Assembly (NCBI GenBank): GCA_963693365.1
Contig: CAVNZM010000013.1
Span: 4,888,640 to 4,952,639 of the forward strand
DNA from: Amoebidium appalachense
Taxonomy: Eukaryota > Protista > Ichthyosporea
Length of the DNA stretch: 64,000 nt
Reading direction: 5' to 3'
The translations under genes and the position numbers were made by a program. Position 1 is the first letter of the stretch. Every line of letters begins with the position of its first letter. This document shows positions 1-9,749 of this stretch, in pieces. A model generated the notes under the pieces. That model saw only the letters and a program-made list of their open reading frames with translations, made no database searches and was not told the origin of the DNA.

Positions 1-28
1 AACACCCCCGCCCCCACAACTATTATCC

Positions 29-430
29 ATGCACACGGTAATGTACGTGCTCGTTGCCCTACTTGCACAAGCCGCCGCCGCCGCCGCCAGCTACGTGACG
101 GCCCCCCCGACGCCGGCGCCAACCACCCCGACGCCCACCCTCACCCAACCACCCAGATGCACACGGCTCACTGCGCAGACGGCCACCGCAGCGCCCGTGT
201 GCTCGCAGGTGCCGGTGCCGGGGGTGGGGTGCGGGTGGCTGTGCCGCACGGTGGTGCCGCAGAATCCGTCGCTCGTGCCGTGCAACCAGTTTGTGGGCTG
301 CAGGCTCTACCAAGCGGACCCCAAGACCGGCGGGGTGCTGCGGTGCAAGCGGCGCAGGGCCACGTCGATGCCGTGCACGCCGGACTTCTGCTGCGTCAAG
401 CCTGCCGGCATCGGTGCAGCAGGCATATAA
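29..430 (+). CDS. Intronless secreted Pro/Thr-rich, Cys-rich small protein (133 aa), unknown function
   Basis: Hydrophobic signal-peptide-like N-terminus (MHTVMYVLVALLAQAAAAA), a PT-rich linker, and a C-terminal region with about 11 Cys; GC-rich coding-like codon use; no family recognised. Confidence 0.6.
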   Translation: MHTVMYVLVALLAQAAAAAASYVTAPPTPAPTTPTPTLTQPPRCTRLTAQTATAAPVCSQVPVPGVGCGWLCRTVVPQNPSLVPCNQFVGCRLYQADPKTGGVLRCKRRRATSMPCTPDFCCVKPAGIGAAGI

Positions 431-571
431 ACTCTTTTGCGGTTATCGGTCACAGAATGGACGCAACCCCCCCCCCCCCCCCCCCCTCCCACACACACAC
501 ACACACAGGAATGCAGTCAAGTTTTAGGGGTGTACACGCTGGAAGTCGAAAGTTTTGTAGAGCACACATAC

Positions 572-829
572 ATGTTTGACGGCCAGGTGTACACAGTCAT
601 ACTGTATATCATATCTCTATGTAGTGTTATTGCAAATATACACTGGTATAATTTAATGAAGTCAGAACCAAACGCAAAGGAGAAAGTAAATAGAATGTAC
701 TTGGTTTATGTTTCTGCTGCTATTGTGCTTACAGGATTGTTGGTCACACCCTTGGTCTCCACGATCCTATACTTCGTAAGTAAAAGAACAGGTGCTGGTG
801 AATTCGATATGAAGCACTCGGACTTCTAA
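572..829 (+). CDS. Small intronless two-TM membrane protein (85 aa), unknown function
   Basis: First ATG after the poly-C/(CA)n tract is at 572. MFDGQVYTVILYIISLCSVIANIHW...MYLVYVSAAIVLTGLLVTPLVSTILYFV gives two hydrophobic segments; TAA at 827-829. Confidence 0.5.
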   Translation: MFDGQVYTVILYIISLCSVIANIHWYNLMKSEPNAKEKVNRMYLVYVSAAIVLTGLLVTPLVSTILYFVSKRTGAGEFDMKHSDF

Positions 830-889
830 ATGATGGCACACACAGCGCCGGGGCCGTCACCAAATAATAAAACAGTGGTACAATGATAT

Positions 890-1040
890 TTGGCAAGTAA
901 GTGTGAGGCCGGGAGGGCCAATAAATGCATCCGTGCATGCAAATAATGCTAAGTGTGAGGCCGGGAGGGGGGGGGGAGGGGGCCAATAAATGCATCCGTG
1001 CATGCAAATAATGCTAAGTGTGAGGCCGGGAGGGCCAAAT
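890..1040 (+). repeat. Modular satellite array 1 (core AAGTGTGAGGCCGG + AAATGCATCCGTGCATGC)
   Basis: Three copies of the GTGTGAGGCCGG core and two of the ATGCATCCGTGCATGCAAATAAT module are directly visible. Confidence 0.85.
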
Positions 1041-1141
1041 GTAATATATTTACTTGTATTTCTACGGTATGAGTTTTACAGTATTTCCACTGCATGACGA
1101 AAATGTGTATGAACACCCACTGTCCAACACGTGCATGACCC
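1038..1141. repeat. Conserved ~100-bp AT-rich block, direct repeat of 3740-3825
   Basis: AATGTAATATATTTA...ATGAGTTTTACA...CGAAAATGTGTATGAACAC..CACTGTC.AACACGTG.ATGACCC occurs at both places. Each copy lies between the stop of a minus-strand ORF and a satellite array. Confidence 0.8.
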
Positions 1142-1198
1142 GAATCAAAACATTACACGGCATACACTGGCCTTAGGCCTGCCGAATACTTTGCATTG

Positions 1199-1229
<31 letters not shown>

Positions 1230-1262
1230 AAAAACCAAAAGCCGAATACAAAAGAATCATGA

Positions 1263-1705
1263 TCAATCACTATCACTACCACAAAAAAGGTCTCTATTGC
1301 TATGGCCCTTCCTGGCGCTCGGCTTGCCCGCCCGAATCACCCTCAAATAATCCAATATCTCCTCGTCGCTGCCAGAATAACTGTCCAGGTCGATGCTGCG
1401 GTCGGTGATCTTCGCAATAAGGCTCTCACTCAGACCTTCGTGTTCCCTCAAGTATTGTTTGTATTCTGCCATTACCGACTCGGAATCAGAACCCTCTACG
1501 ATGTCCGATGTGTTGGCCTCGGAGTCTTCCGTGTCGGTCGTTGTGTCTGCCCACCTCGACGATTGTTTGGCCCCTCCGCCTTTTGGGCTTTGGGGTGGTT
1601 GAAGGGCGGGCCGGGCCCTGCTTTTTGGACTTCGGGGTGGTTGAAGGGCGGCCCGGGCCCTGCTTTTTGGACTTTGGGGTGGTTGAAGGGCGGGCCGGGC
1701 TCTCC
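1263..1705 (-). CDS. Probable terminal exon of an orphan gene: 3 x 14-aa SRARPALQPPxSPK repeats followed by an acidic domain
   Basis: Non-repetitive, protein-like C-terminus (…SVMAEYKQYLREHEGLSESLIAKITDRSIDLDSYSGSDEEILDYLRVIR…); 42-bp coding repeats at ~1585-1700; acceptor-like TTGTTGCAG immediately upstream (AG at 1707-1706). The rest of the 502-aa ORF in the track is mostly translated satellite. Confidence 0.45.
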
Positions 1706-1716
1706 CTGCAACAACG

Positions 1717-2690
1717 GCTAAGTGTGAGGCCGGAAAAGCATGCAAAAATGTTTCTCTCGGGAGGCCAAGTAAATGCATCGGTGCATGAATAAATGCATCG
1801 GTGCATGCAAATAAAGCAATGTGTGAGGCCGGAAGCATGCAAAAGTGTCTCTCTCGGGAGGCCAAATAAATGCATCGGTGCAGCAAAGTGTGAGGCCGGA
1901 AGCATGCAAAAAATGCTAAGTGTGATGCCGGGGGGCCAAATAAATGCATCCGTGCATGCAGGGGGGGGGGGGGGGGGGGGGGTGGGCATGCATCCGCGCA
2001 TGCAGGGGGGGGGGTGGGCATGCATCCGTGTGAGGCCGGGGCATGCAAAAAGTATCTCTCGGCAGGCCAAATAGTGTGAGGCCGGAACAAAGTGTCTCTC
2101 TCGGCAGGCCAAATAAATGCATCGGTGCATGCAAATAATGCAAAGTGTGAGACCGGAAGCATGCAAAAGTGTCTCTCTCGGGAGGCCAAATAAATGCATC
2201 GGTGCATGAATAAATGCATCGGTGCATGCAAATAATGCAAAGTGTGAGACCGGAAGCATGCAAAAGTGTCTCTCTCGGGAGGCCAAATAAATGCATCGGT
2301 GCATGAATAAATGCATCGGTGCATGCAAATAATACAAAGTGTGAGGCCGGAAGCATGCAAAAGTGTCTCTCTCGGGAGGCCAAATAAATGCATCGGTGCA
2401 TGAATAAATGCATCGGTGCATGCAAATAATGCAAAGTGTGAGGCCGGAAGCATGCAAAAGTGTCTCTCTCGGGAGGCCAAATAAATGCATCGGTGCATGC
2501 AAATAATGCAAAGTGTGAGGCCGGAAGCATGCAAAAGTGTCTCTCTCGGGAGGCCAAATAAATGCATCGGTGCATGAATAAATGCATCGGTGCATGCAAA
2601 TAATGCAAAGTGTGAGGCCGGAAGCATGCAAAAGTGTCTCTCTCGGGAGGCCAAATAAATGCATCGGTGCATGAATAAATGCATCGGTGC
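1717..2690 (+). repeat. Modular satellite array 2 (~77-97 bp units)
   Basis: Near-identical units GCAAAGTGTGAGGCCGGAAGCATGCAAAAGTGTCTCTCTCGGGAGGCCAAATAAATGCATCGGTGCATG(AATAAATGCATCGGTGCATG)CAAATAAT. Confidence 0.95.
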
Positions 2691-3064
2691 GGTTTTATTT
2701 GTGGAATTTATTGACATAAATATTTTTCTGGGTAAACACGTAGGATGGGTGTTCGATATTGACATAACCATGTAGGCTTCGTTTCGTGTTTTAGCAGTTC
2801 GCGATTGGCCGCTCGCACACGGGCACCTATTAGCTAATCAAAACATCAGATTCCACATATCGCTAGACCGATTTTGATTGGTTCGATTCAGATTCACATA
2901 TCACTGGATCGATTTTCAATTGGCTCAGGTCGGTAGGCTTAGGTATATAAGCAAGACAGTTTTCAGCAGATCAGCAAGCTACAAACACATCTTCTGTGTT
3001 GAGCACCTACAGCCCTTACGGCTATACATTTTCTTTTCACCCACCCACCTACACCCACACTCAC

Positions 3065-3220
3065 CCCCATTGATCCACACATGCGTGCTGTTTTTTCACG
3101 GGGCGAAGACTTCCCCCGTTTTTTGGGCACAAGGACCTCACGGATCAATAAATTGATGACTGGGGGCTTGCCGTGGTTTACAACCATTGCAGGTTCACTT
3201 TCGTCCAAGGGGATGTCCCC
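3065..3220 (-). CDS. Putative internal exon (52 codons, GDIPLDESEPAMVVNHGKPPVINLLIREVLVPKKRGKSSPREKTARMCGSMG)
   Basis: Flanked on the minus strand by CTCTAG (acceptor) and GTGAGT (donor); open phase-0/phase-0 frame. The link to neighbouring exons is not resolved. Confidence 0.25.
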
Positions 3221-3255
3221 CTAGAGGCAACACACGTCCCGGAGTAGTTTTCATA

Positions 3256-3634
3256 GAATGCAAATAATGCAAAGTGTGAGGCCGGAAGCATGCAAAAGTG
3301 TCTCTCTCGGGAGGCCAAATAAATGCATCGGTGCATGCAAATAATGCAAAGTGTGAGACCGGAAGCATGCAAAAGTGTCTCTCTCGGGAGGCCAAATAAA
3401 TGCATCGGTGCATGCAAATAATGCGGTGCATGCAAATAATGCAAAGTGTGAGGCCGGAAGCATTCATCGGTGCATGCAAATAATGCAAAGTGTGAGGCCG
3501 GAAGCATGCAAAAAATGCTAAGTGTGAGGCCGGGGGGGGCAAATAAATGCATCCGTGCATGCAGGGGGGGGGGGTGGGCAAATGCATCCGTGCATGCAGG
3601 GGGGGGGGGGTGGGCAAATGCATCCGTGCATGCA

Positions 3635-3672
<38 letters not shown>

Positions 3673-3720
3673 AATGCATCCGTGTGAGGCCGGGGCATGC
3701 AAAAGCTAAATGCATCCGTG
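3256..3720 (+). repeat. Modular satellite array 3 (same family)
   Basis: Same GTGTGAGGCCGG / AAATGCATCGGTGCATGC modules, with G-tracts inserted in the distal units. Confidence 0.9.
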
Positions 3721-4006
3721 GTGGCACACGTGTCTTTTTAATGTAATATATTTATTCACTGCATGAGTTTTACATAGTATCGAAAATGTGTATGAACACT
3801 CCACTGTCGAACACGTGTATGACCCCCCTCCCCTCTCCCACAACATACACTCGGAAACCCCCCCCCCCCCCACAAAAAAAAATACACTCGGTTGCTTGCA
3901 AAAACTATTACCCCCCCTCAAAAAAAATAATAACATATAACCGATTGCTTGCAAAAAACACTAAGTAAAGCATAACGAAGCATGCCACTACCCCCCCCCC
4001 CCCCTC

Positions 4007-5036
4007 TTACTTCTTCTTCTTGGGAGCCCTCTCGGTAATCTGCTGTGCGGGTCTCTTATGGCCGCCCCTGCCGCCCCTGCCGCCCCTGCCGCCCCTGCCG
4101 CCCCGGTAACTTGCATCGAGCTGTTTTTTCATCTCCTGAAATATATTCAATGCCAATCCCTCCGTTTCCTGCTCCTCTTCCTCCTGACCCTCCTCCTCCT
4201 GACTCTCCTCCTCCTGACCCTCCCTCTCCCTCTCCGAGTCCTTCTCCCCCTCCCCCCTCCCCCCTCTCCCTCTCCGAGTCCTTCTCCCCCTCCCCCTCCC
4301 CCCTCTCCCTCTCCGAGTCCTTCTCCCCCTCCCCCTCCCCCCTCTCCCCTTCCTCCTCATCCGAAATTAAAGAAATCTCTTCACAAACCTTCCCTCCTCC
4401 CTTCTTACGTTTCTCGCCTTCCGTCGTTTCTCCCTCCTTACGTTTCTCCCGTTCCACCATCCGCCGGGCTGCACGGCCACTGGCAGGGTGCGTGTGCTTC
4501 ACCTCAAAAAACCCCATTGCTGTATAATCATAACTCCAATGTTGCCCCGTTTCGGGGTCCCTATACACGTTTTCAGAGACAACCTCCATCAACTTCTTCG
4601 CCCCTCCTATCACCACCTCCGCAAAAGGTGGTTCTGTTTTCTCCTCGCTGACCACCTTCCGGCGCATTACCTCGCCCCCTTCCTCGTCCTCCTCGCCCAC
4701 CCCCTCACCCTCACCCTCCGCCTCGCCCACCCCCTCACCCTCACCCTCCGCCTCTCTCTCGCCCCTCACACGAAGGGTATCCTCTACCACCGACCTCTCC
4801 CTGCCCCCCTGCTCCTCCTCCCTGGCAAACAGACTCTCATCTTGCAGAAGTTCCGGGTCAAACTGGATTGCTCTCGCACACACCCTCCTAAGTACACTCC
4901 GTGCGTACCTCAACTCCCCTTCATAGAAAACCACCGTGTCATGCAATTCAATCAGTGATTTTTCCGCGTCTGAAATTTTCGATGAGATGTTGTTATCTAC
5001 AACGGACTCATAGCGTGTCAGCCCTTTAGGCGGCAT
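4007..5036 (-). CDS. Intronless acidic protein with C-terminal RGG repeats and NLS (~342 aa after correcting a +1 homopolymer indel)
   Basis: ORF 4056-5036 and ORF 4007-4360 overlap in 39-bp GEGEKDSERERGE repeats, and one unit (~4251-4260) has an extra C. The span is 1030 = 3n+1. The joined protein ends …YRGGRGGRGGRGGRGGHKRPAQQITERAPKKKK. Confidence 0.55.
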
Positions 5037-6432
5037 TTTGGAATTGTAAGACTAGGATGATCTGTTATAACAATTTCTGAGAAAAATAACTGTTGTTTGT
5101 GTGAAATCTGTGAAAACTGTAGTGTAGCCGTATTAATCCTGTTGTTTGTGTGAAATCTGTTGTTGTGTAATAGACAGGGAGAATCGGTTCGTAGATTTTG
5201 CAAAATGACATCAACTGGCAGCGCGCCGAATCATATAGTGCTTGATTCATCGGCCGCGGCAATAGGCACGGCAATAGGCACTGGTGTCCAGATCCAATTG
5301 CCGGATACCCAATCAGGTGGCGGCTTTTGCAGGTCATGCTCACTCATGTGCTGTAATAGTAATCGAAAAATCTACGTTTATTTATTTCATGCTCACTCAT
5401 GTGCTGTAATAGTAATCGAAAAATCTACGTTTATTTTATTTCATTCAAGTCTTGTGTACAACGAACATAAAACATCAACATGGATGCCTTTTGCCGCGGG
5501 TCATTCGGATAGCGCAAAATCGGAATTTCACTCCCCTTTTGCCCTCCCTCCGATGAGTGGCTCTTGATTTCACATTTTTTAACGCCCGGAAACCACAATC
5601 GATGCTATTACAATTCAGATGTATATTTTCTACATAGGTTTATTTGATGTATATTTTCTACATAAGTTATTTATTTAATTCAAGTCTTGTGTACATGGAT
5701 GCCGTTGCCGCGGGTCATTCGAATAGCACCTCTTTTGCCCCCCCTCCCCTCCGATGAGTGGCTTTTGAATTTCATGATGACGAATGCGTGTCAGATCCCA
5801 AAATTGTCTAATTTGCCATGTTACGATATAGACTGACTTTTATTCAAATGTATCGACAGTATACGAAACACAGAAAAAAGCTACTAGAATTGCTTTACTT
5901 TTGAAATTGGAGCTTACTTGTTTGCAGATGACCCGTTACCAATTCGCGTGCTCATGAATCGCGATGCTTACTGTGAAAAGCCTTGCCCCCCTCCAGATAG
6001 TGCACGTGATCCTACGATCTTCCCCAACCGCTGTCCAGCCAATCAAAAGGAGTGCGATTTGCTGGTTGTTTTTGCTATGTATACCAAAAGTTGTTTATAC
6101 TTCATTAAAAAGGCCGTAAGCAAAAAAAAAAAGAATAAAATCAAAAATTAATTTGTCCAAATAGCTTTGATTGTTGCAATGTGATATAAAGGAGTAATTT
6201 TTTAACTTGTTTGACAGCGGGGTATCCAAATTGATTGGGCGCGTATCAGCTGCAAAAGCGTGCCTTTACATGTGCGAATGATTTAATTGGTTGTTTGGGG
6301 TCTTATTCAAGCGCCTGTTGATTCGCCACACATCAGCTGTCCAAATTGTCCCGTTTCCCGATATAAAAAGCGGTTACAGTCCCAGTTCTCTTACTTTTTC
6401 ACCTTTCACCTTCTCTTGCATTCTCTTAAAAG
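5037..6432. promoter_or_regulatory. Divergent intergenic/promoter region
   Basis: Lies between head-to-head ORFs. TATAAAA at ~6362 (about 70 bp upstream of ATG 6433), CCAAT/ATTGG motifs at ~5294, 5309, 6039, 6233 and 6285, and internal duplications (~5335-5435; ~5443-5565 vs ~5679-5765). Confidence 0.45.
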
Positions 6433-6888
6433 ATGGGGACGTACGAAAAAGAAATTGACACAAAACTGGACGAGTTTTTCGGTAGTGCCCGCACTGTTCA
6501 AGCAAGGGAAGAAAGCACTCGCAGGCTGATTAAAAAATGTAACCAAAGTCTTGCCGGTGCACGCGCAGGGAGCGAAAAAATTAAAACTTGCATGGTGGAA
6601 TACACGAAGGCACTAGGCGAAGTATCAAGAGAAATGGAGTCGCTTTACATAGCTAGAGACACACGGGATACCGACGTAATGAAAACATTTGAAAATTTCG
6701 TTAAAGATCAGGATCGTGATATGCGAGATTTCGAATGTGTAATGAACAAATACGAGGAAACGACACGTCGTGTGTTCAAGTCTGCATTGGAAGCAGCTGG
6801 GGGGCGGGCGACAAGGACAGAACAAGATGAATCGAGGGAAGGGCCGCGCAAGAGGCATCGTGGCGGACTTGGAGGGAGGGAGAAGTAA
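6433..6888 (+). CDS. Intronless coiled-coil-like protein (151 aa) with C-terminal basic NLS-like motif
   Basis: AAAGATGG start context downstream of a TATA box; charged helical sequence; PRKRHR near the C-terminus; no family recognised. Confidence 0.6.
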   Translation: MGTYEKEIDTKLDEFFGSARTVQAREESTRRLIKKCNQSLAGARAGSEKIKTCMVEYTKALGEVSREMESLYIARDTRDTDVMKTFENFVKDQDRDMRDFECVMNKYEETTRRVFKSALEAAGGRATRTEQDESREGPRKRHRGGLGGREK

Positions 6889-7044
6889 CAGGGGGCTTTT
6901 TTTGGGGGGGGGGGGGGGGGAGGGGGGTGTGCTTACACACTGGGGGGGTGGATGCTTACACACTGATAGTGTTTGTTATGTTGGTGTATAGTAGATTGTA
7001 TAGGCATTATATGGTGTTTTCCAAATTTTTTGATGATGATGTGA

Positions 7045-7236
7045 CTTCAAAATGTTCGATGGTGGCGTGGTGGGTGGTGTGTGGCTTAGTAATAACTCGT
7101 TTTAAAAATATATATACACGTGATATGGCTTCAAAATGTTCGATGGTGGCGTGGTGGGTGGTGTGGCTTAGTAATAACTCGTTTTAAAAATATATATACA
7201 CGTGATATGGCTTCAAAATGTTCGATGGTGGCGTGG
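7045..7236 (+). repeat. Tandem repeat, 82-84 bp unit x2.3
   Basis: CTTCAAAATGTTCGATGGTGGCGTGG starts at 7045, 7129 and 7211. Confidence 0.9.
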
Positions 7237-7454
7237 AAATAACTAGTTTTATAAATATAATATATCACGTCACACTCACATACCAGTGTACTTCCCAAAA
7301 CACCCCCCCCCAAAAAAAAAGCAGTCAAGCCAATTCACTTACCGAGACACTTGCCATCTTGCTGGCTTTGTCGTGAATCACCCGAATCGACCCCCATTTC
7401 ACACACACACACCACACGTGATAGCATGCCCCCCCCCACACACACACACACACA

Positions 7455-7641
7455 CTCAGCATTATTTGCACACACGGATGCATTTTTTGTTTCACTTTTT
7501 GCATCCCCCGGCCTCACACTTAGCATATATATTTGGCCTCCCGGCCTCACACTTAGCATATATATTTGGCCCCCCGGCCTCACACTTAGCCTATATATTT
7601 GCCCCCTCCCGGCCTCACACTTAGCATATATATGTGGCCTG

Positions 7642-7692
<51 letters not shown>

Positions 7693-7768
7693 TTTGCATC
7701 CCCCCGGCCTCACACTTAGCCTATATATTTGCCCCCTCCCGGCCTCACACTTAGCATTATTTGGCCTG

Positions 7769-7807
<39 letters not shown>

Positions 7808-8262
7808 TTTGCATCCCCCGGCCTCACACTTAGCATATATATATTTGGCCCCCCGGCCTCACATTTAGCATTTATATTTGGCCTCCCGGCCTCACACTTA
7901 GCATATATATTTGGCCTGCCGAGAGAGAGAGAGAGAGAGAGAGAGACTTTTTGCATCCCCCGGCCTCACACTTAGCATTACACACTTAGCATTATTTGGC
8001 CTGCCGAGAGAGAGAGAGAGAGACTTTTTGCATCCCCCGGCCTCACACAGCATATATATTTGGCCCCCCGGCCTCACACTTAGCATCACACACTTGGCAT
8101 ATATATTTGGCCCCCCGGCCTCACACTTAGCATTACACACTTAGCATATATATTTGGCCTGCCGAGAGAGAGAGAGAGAGAGAGAGAGACTTTTTGCATC
8201 CCCCGGCCTCACACTTAGCATTTATATTTGGCCTCCCGGCCTCACACTTAGTATATGTGTGC
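7455..8262 (-). repeat. Modular satellite array 4, inverted relative to arrays 1-3, with expanded (GA)n inside units
   Basis: Many copies of CCGGCCTCACACTTAGCA (reverse complement of TGCTAAGTGTGAGGCCGG), plus TTGGCCTGCC(GA)nCTTTTTGCAT, which matches the left-hand ATGCAAAAGTGTCTCTCTCGGCAGGCCAA. Confidence 0.9.
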
Positions 8263-8423
8263 ATAGGAGAGAGAGACTTTTTGCCCCCCCCCAGCCCCCC
8301 CCCCCCCCCCTCCCCGTGCCCCCCGGAACCAACTGTGAGGCCCCCCCCAGCCCCCCCCCCCCCCCCCCCCCCCCCCCCCGTGCCCCCCCGGCCCCCCAGC
8401 CTCCCCCTCCCCCCAGCCCCCCC

Positions 8424-9625
8424 TGCTGCCGGAACCACGCCCCCAGCGGTGCCATGCTTCCCCCCCGGCCCCCCAGCCTCCCCCTCCCCCCAGCCCCCCT
8501 CCTCCCGGAACCAGGCCCCCAGTGGTTGCAGCATATGCCTTTATTAGTCAAACAGAGCCACCAGAAACTTGCACCACTCTGGTGCCTCATGCACATCTAC
8601 CTGCTGCACAGGCAACATGCTCTATGCATACATAATACTTTCTCACTGTGGGTGGCTCGCCAGTCTCGCCCTCCTTGCCCTCCTCGCCAGCATGTGTGCC
8701 TCACATATCCGCCCTCTTGCTGGCCTGCCGGAACCACGCCCCCAGTGGTGCCATTCCCCAGCGGTGCCATGCTTCCCCCACTCCCCCAGCCCCCCCTGCA
8801 CGTGTGCCTCCCCTCCCCCCTGCTGCCGGAACCACGCCCCCCAGTGGTGGCATTCCAACATGCTTCCCCCACTCTCCCCGGCCTCCTGTGCACGTGTGCC
8901 TCCCCAGCCCCCCCTGCACGTGTGCCTCCCCTCCCCCCCTGCTGCCGGAACCACGCCCCCCAGTGGTGGCATTCCAACATGCTTCCCCCACTCTCCCCGG
9001 CCTCCTGTGCACGTGTGCCTCCCCTCCCCCCCCCCTGCTGCCGGAACCACGCCCCCCAGTGGTGGCATTCCAACATGCTTCCCCCACTCTCCCCGGCCTC
9101 CTGTGCACGTGTGCCTCCCCTCCCCCCCTGCTGCCGGAACCACGCCCCCCAGTGGTGGCATTCCAACATGCTTCCCCCACTCTCCCCAGCCCCCCCTGCA
9201 CGTGTGCCTCCCCTCCCCCCTGCTGCCGGAACCACGCCCCCCAGTGGTGGCATTCCAACATGCTTCCCCCACTCTCCCCAGCCCCCCCTGCACGTGTGCC
9301 TCCCCTCCCCCCCCTGCTGCCGGAACCACGCCCCCCAGTGGTGGCATTCCAACATGCTTCCCCCACTCTCCCCGGCCTCCTGTGCACGTGTGCCTCCCCT
9401 CCCCCCCCTGCTGCCGGAACCACGCCCCCCAGTGGTGGCATTCCAACATGCTTCCCCCACTCTCCCCGGCCTCCTGTGCACGTGTGCCTCCCCTCCCCCC
9501 TGCTGCCGGAACCACGCCCCCCAGTGGTGGCATTCCAACATGCTTCCCCCACTCTCCCCGGCCTCCTGTGCACGTGTGCCTCCCCTCCCCCCCTGCTGCC
9601 GGAACCACGCCCCCCAGTGGTGGCA
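8424..9625 (+). repeat. GC-rich minisatellite, ~93-bp unit, ~9 homogeneous copies plus 2 degenerate
   Basis: Unit CTGCTGCCGGAACCACGCCCCCCAGTGGTGGCATTCCAACATGCTTCCCCCACTCTCCCCGGCCTCCTGTGCACGTGTGCCTCCCCTCCCCCC repeats from ~8820 to ~9625; degenerate copies at ~8424 and ~8724. Confidence 0.95.
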
Positions 9626-9657
9626 GCCAGTGCCTTACATACTAATCTATTCTATGG

Positions 9658-9749
9658 CCACATGGCCAGATGGCCAGATTGTTTTGACTTCAGGTGGATC
9701 CCCCCCCCTGCTCACAGACTGGATTTGATCTGGCCATCTGGCCATGTGG
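9658..9749. repeat. 92-bp palindromic element (MITE-like / hairpin)
   Basis: Perfect 22-bp inverted repeat: CCACATGGCCAGATGGCCAGAT (9658-9679) / ATCTGGCCATCTGGCCATGTGG (9728-9749). No clear TSD. Confidence 0.75.

Noticed and set aside
1800-3500. ATGCAAAT octamer motifs in the arrays
   Set aside because: A by-product of the TGCATGCA module, and not retained in most of the inverted array; no basis to invoke POU binding.
1486-3730. Long ORFs (230-502 aa) with MHLF/ACTDAF/HRCIY repeats
   Set aside because: Translations of the satellite, which is open in several frames at once. Only the non-repetitive 1263-1705 portion was kept.
1717-9625. CRISPR-like appearance of regularly spaced repeats
   Set aside because: The sequences between cores are themselves repeated, so there are no unique spacers. 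There are no cas genes and the context is eukaryotic.
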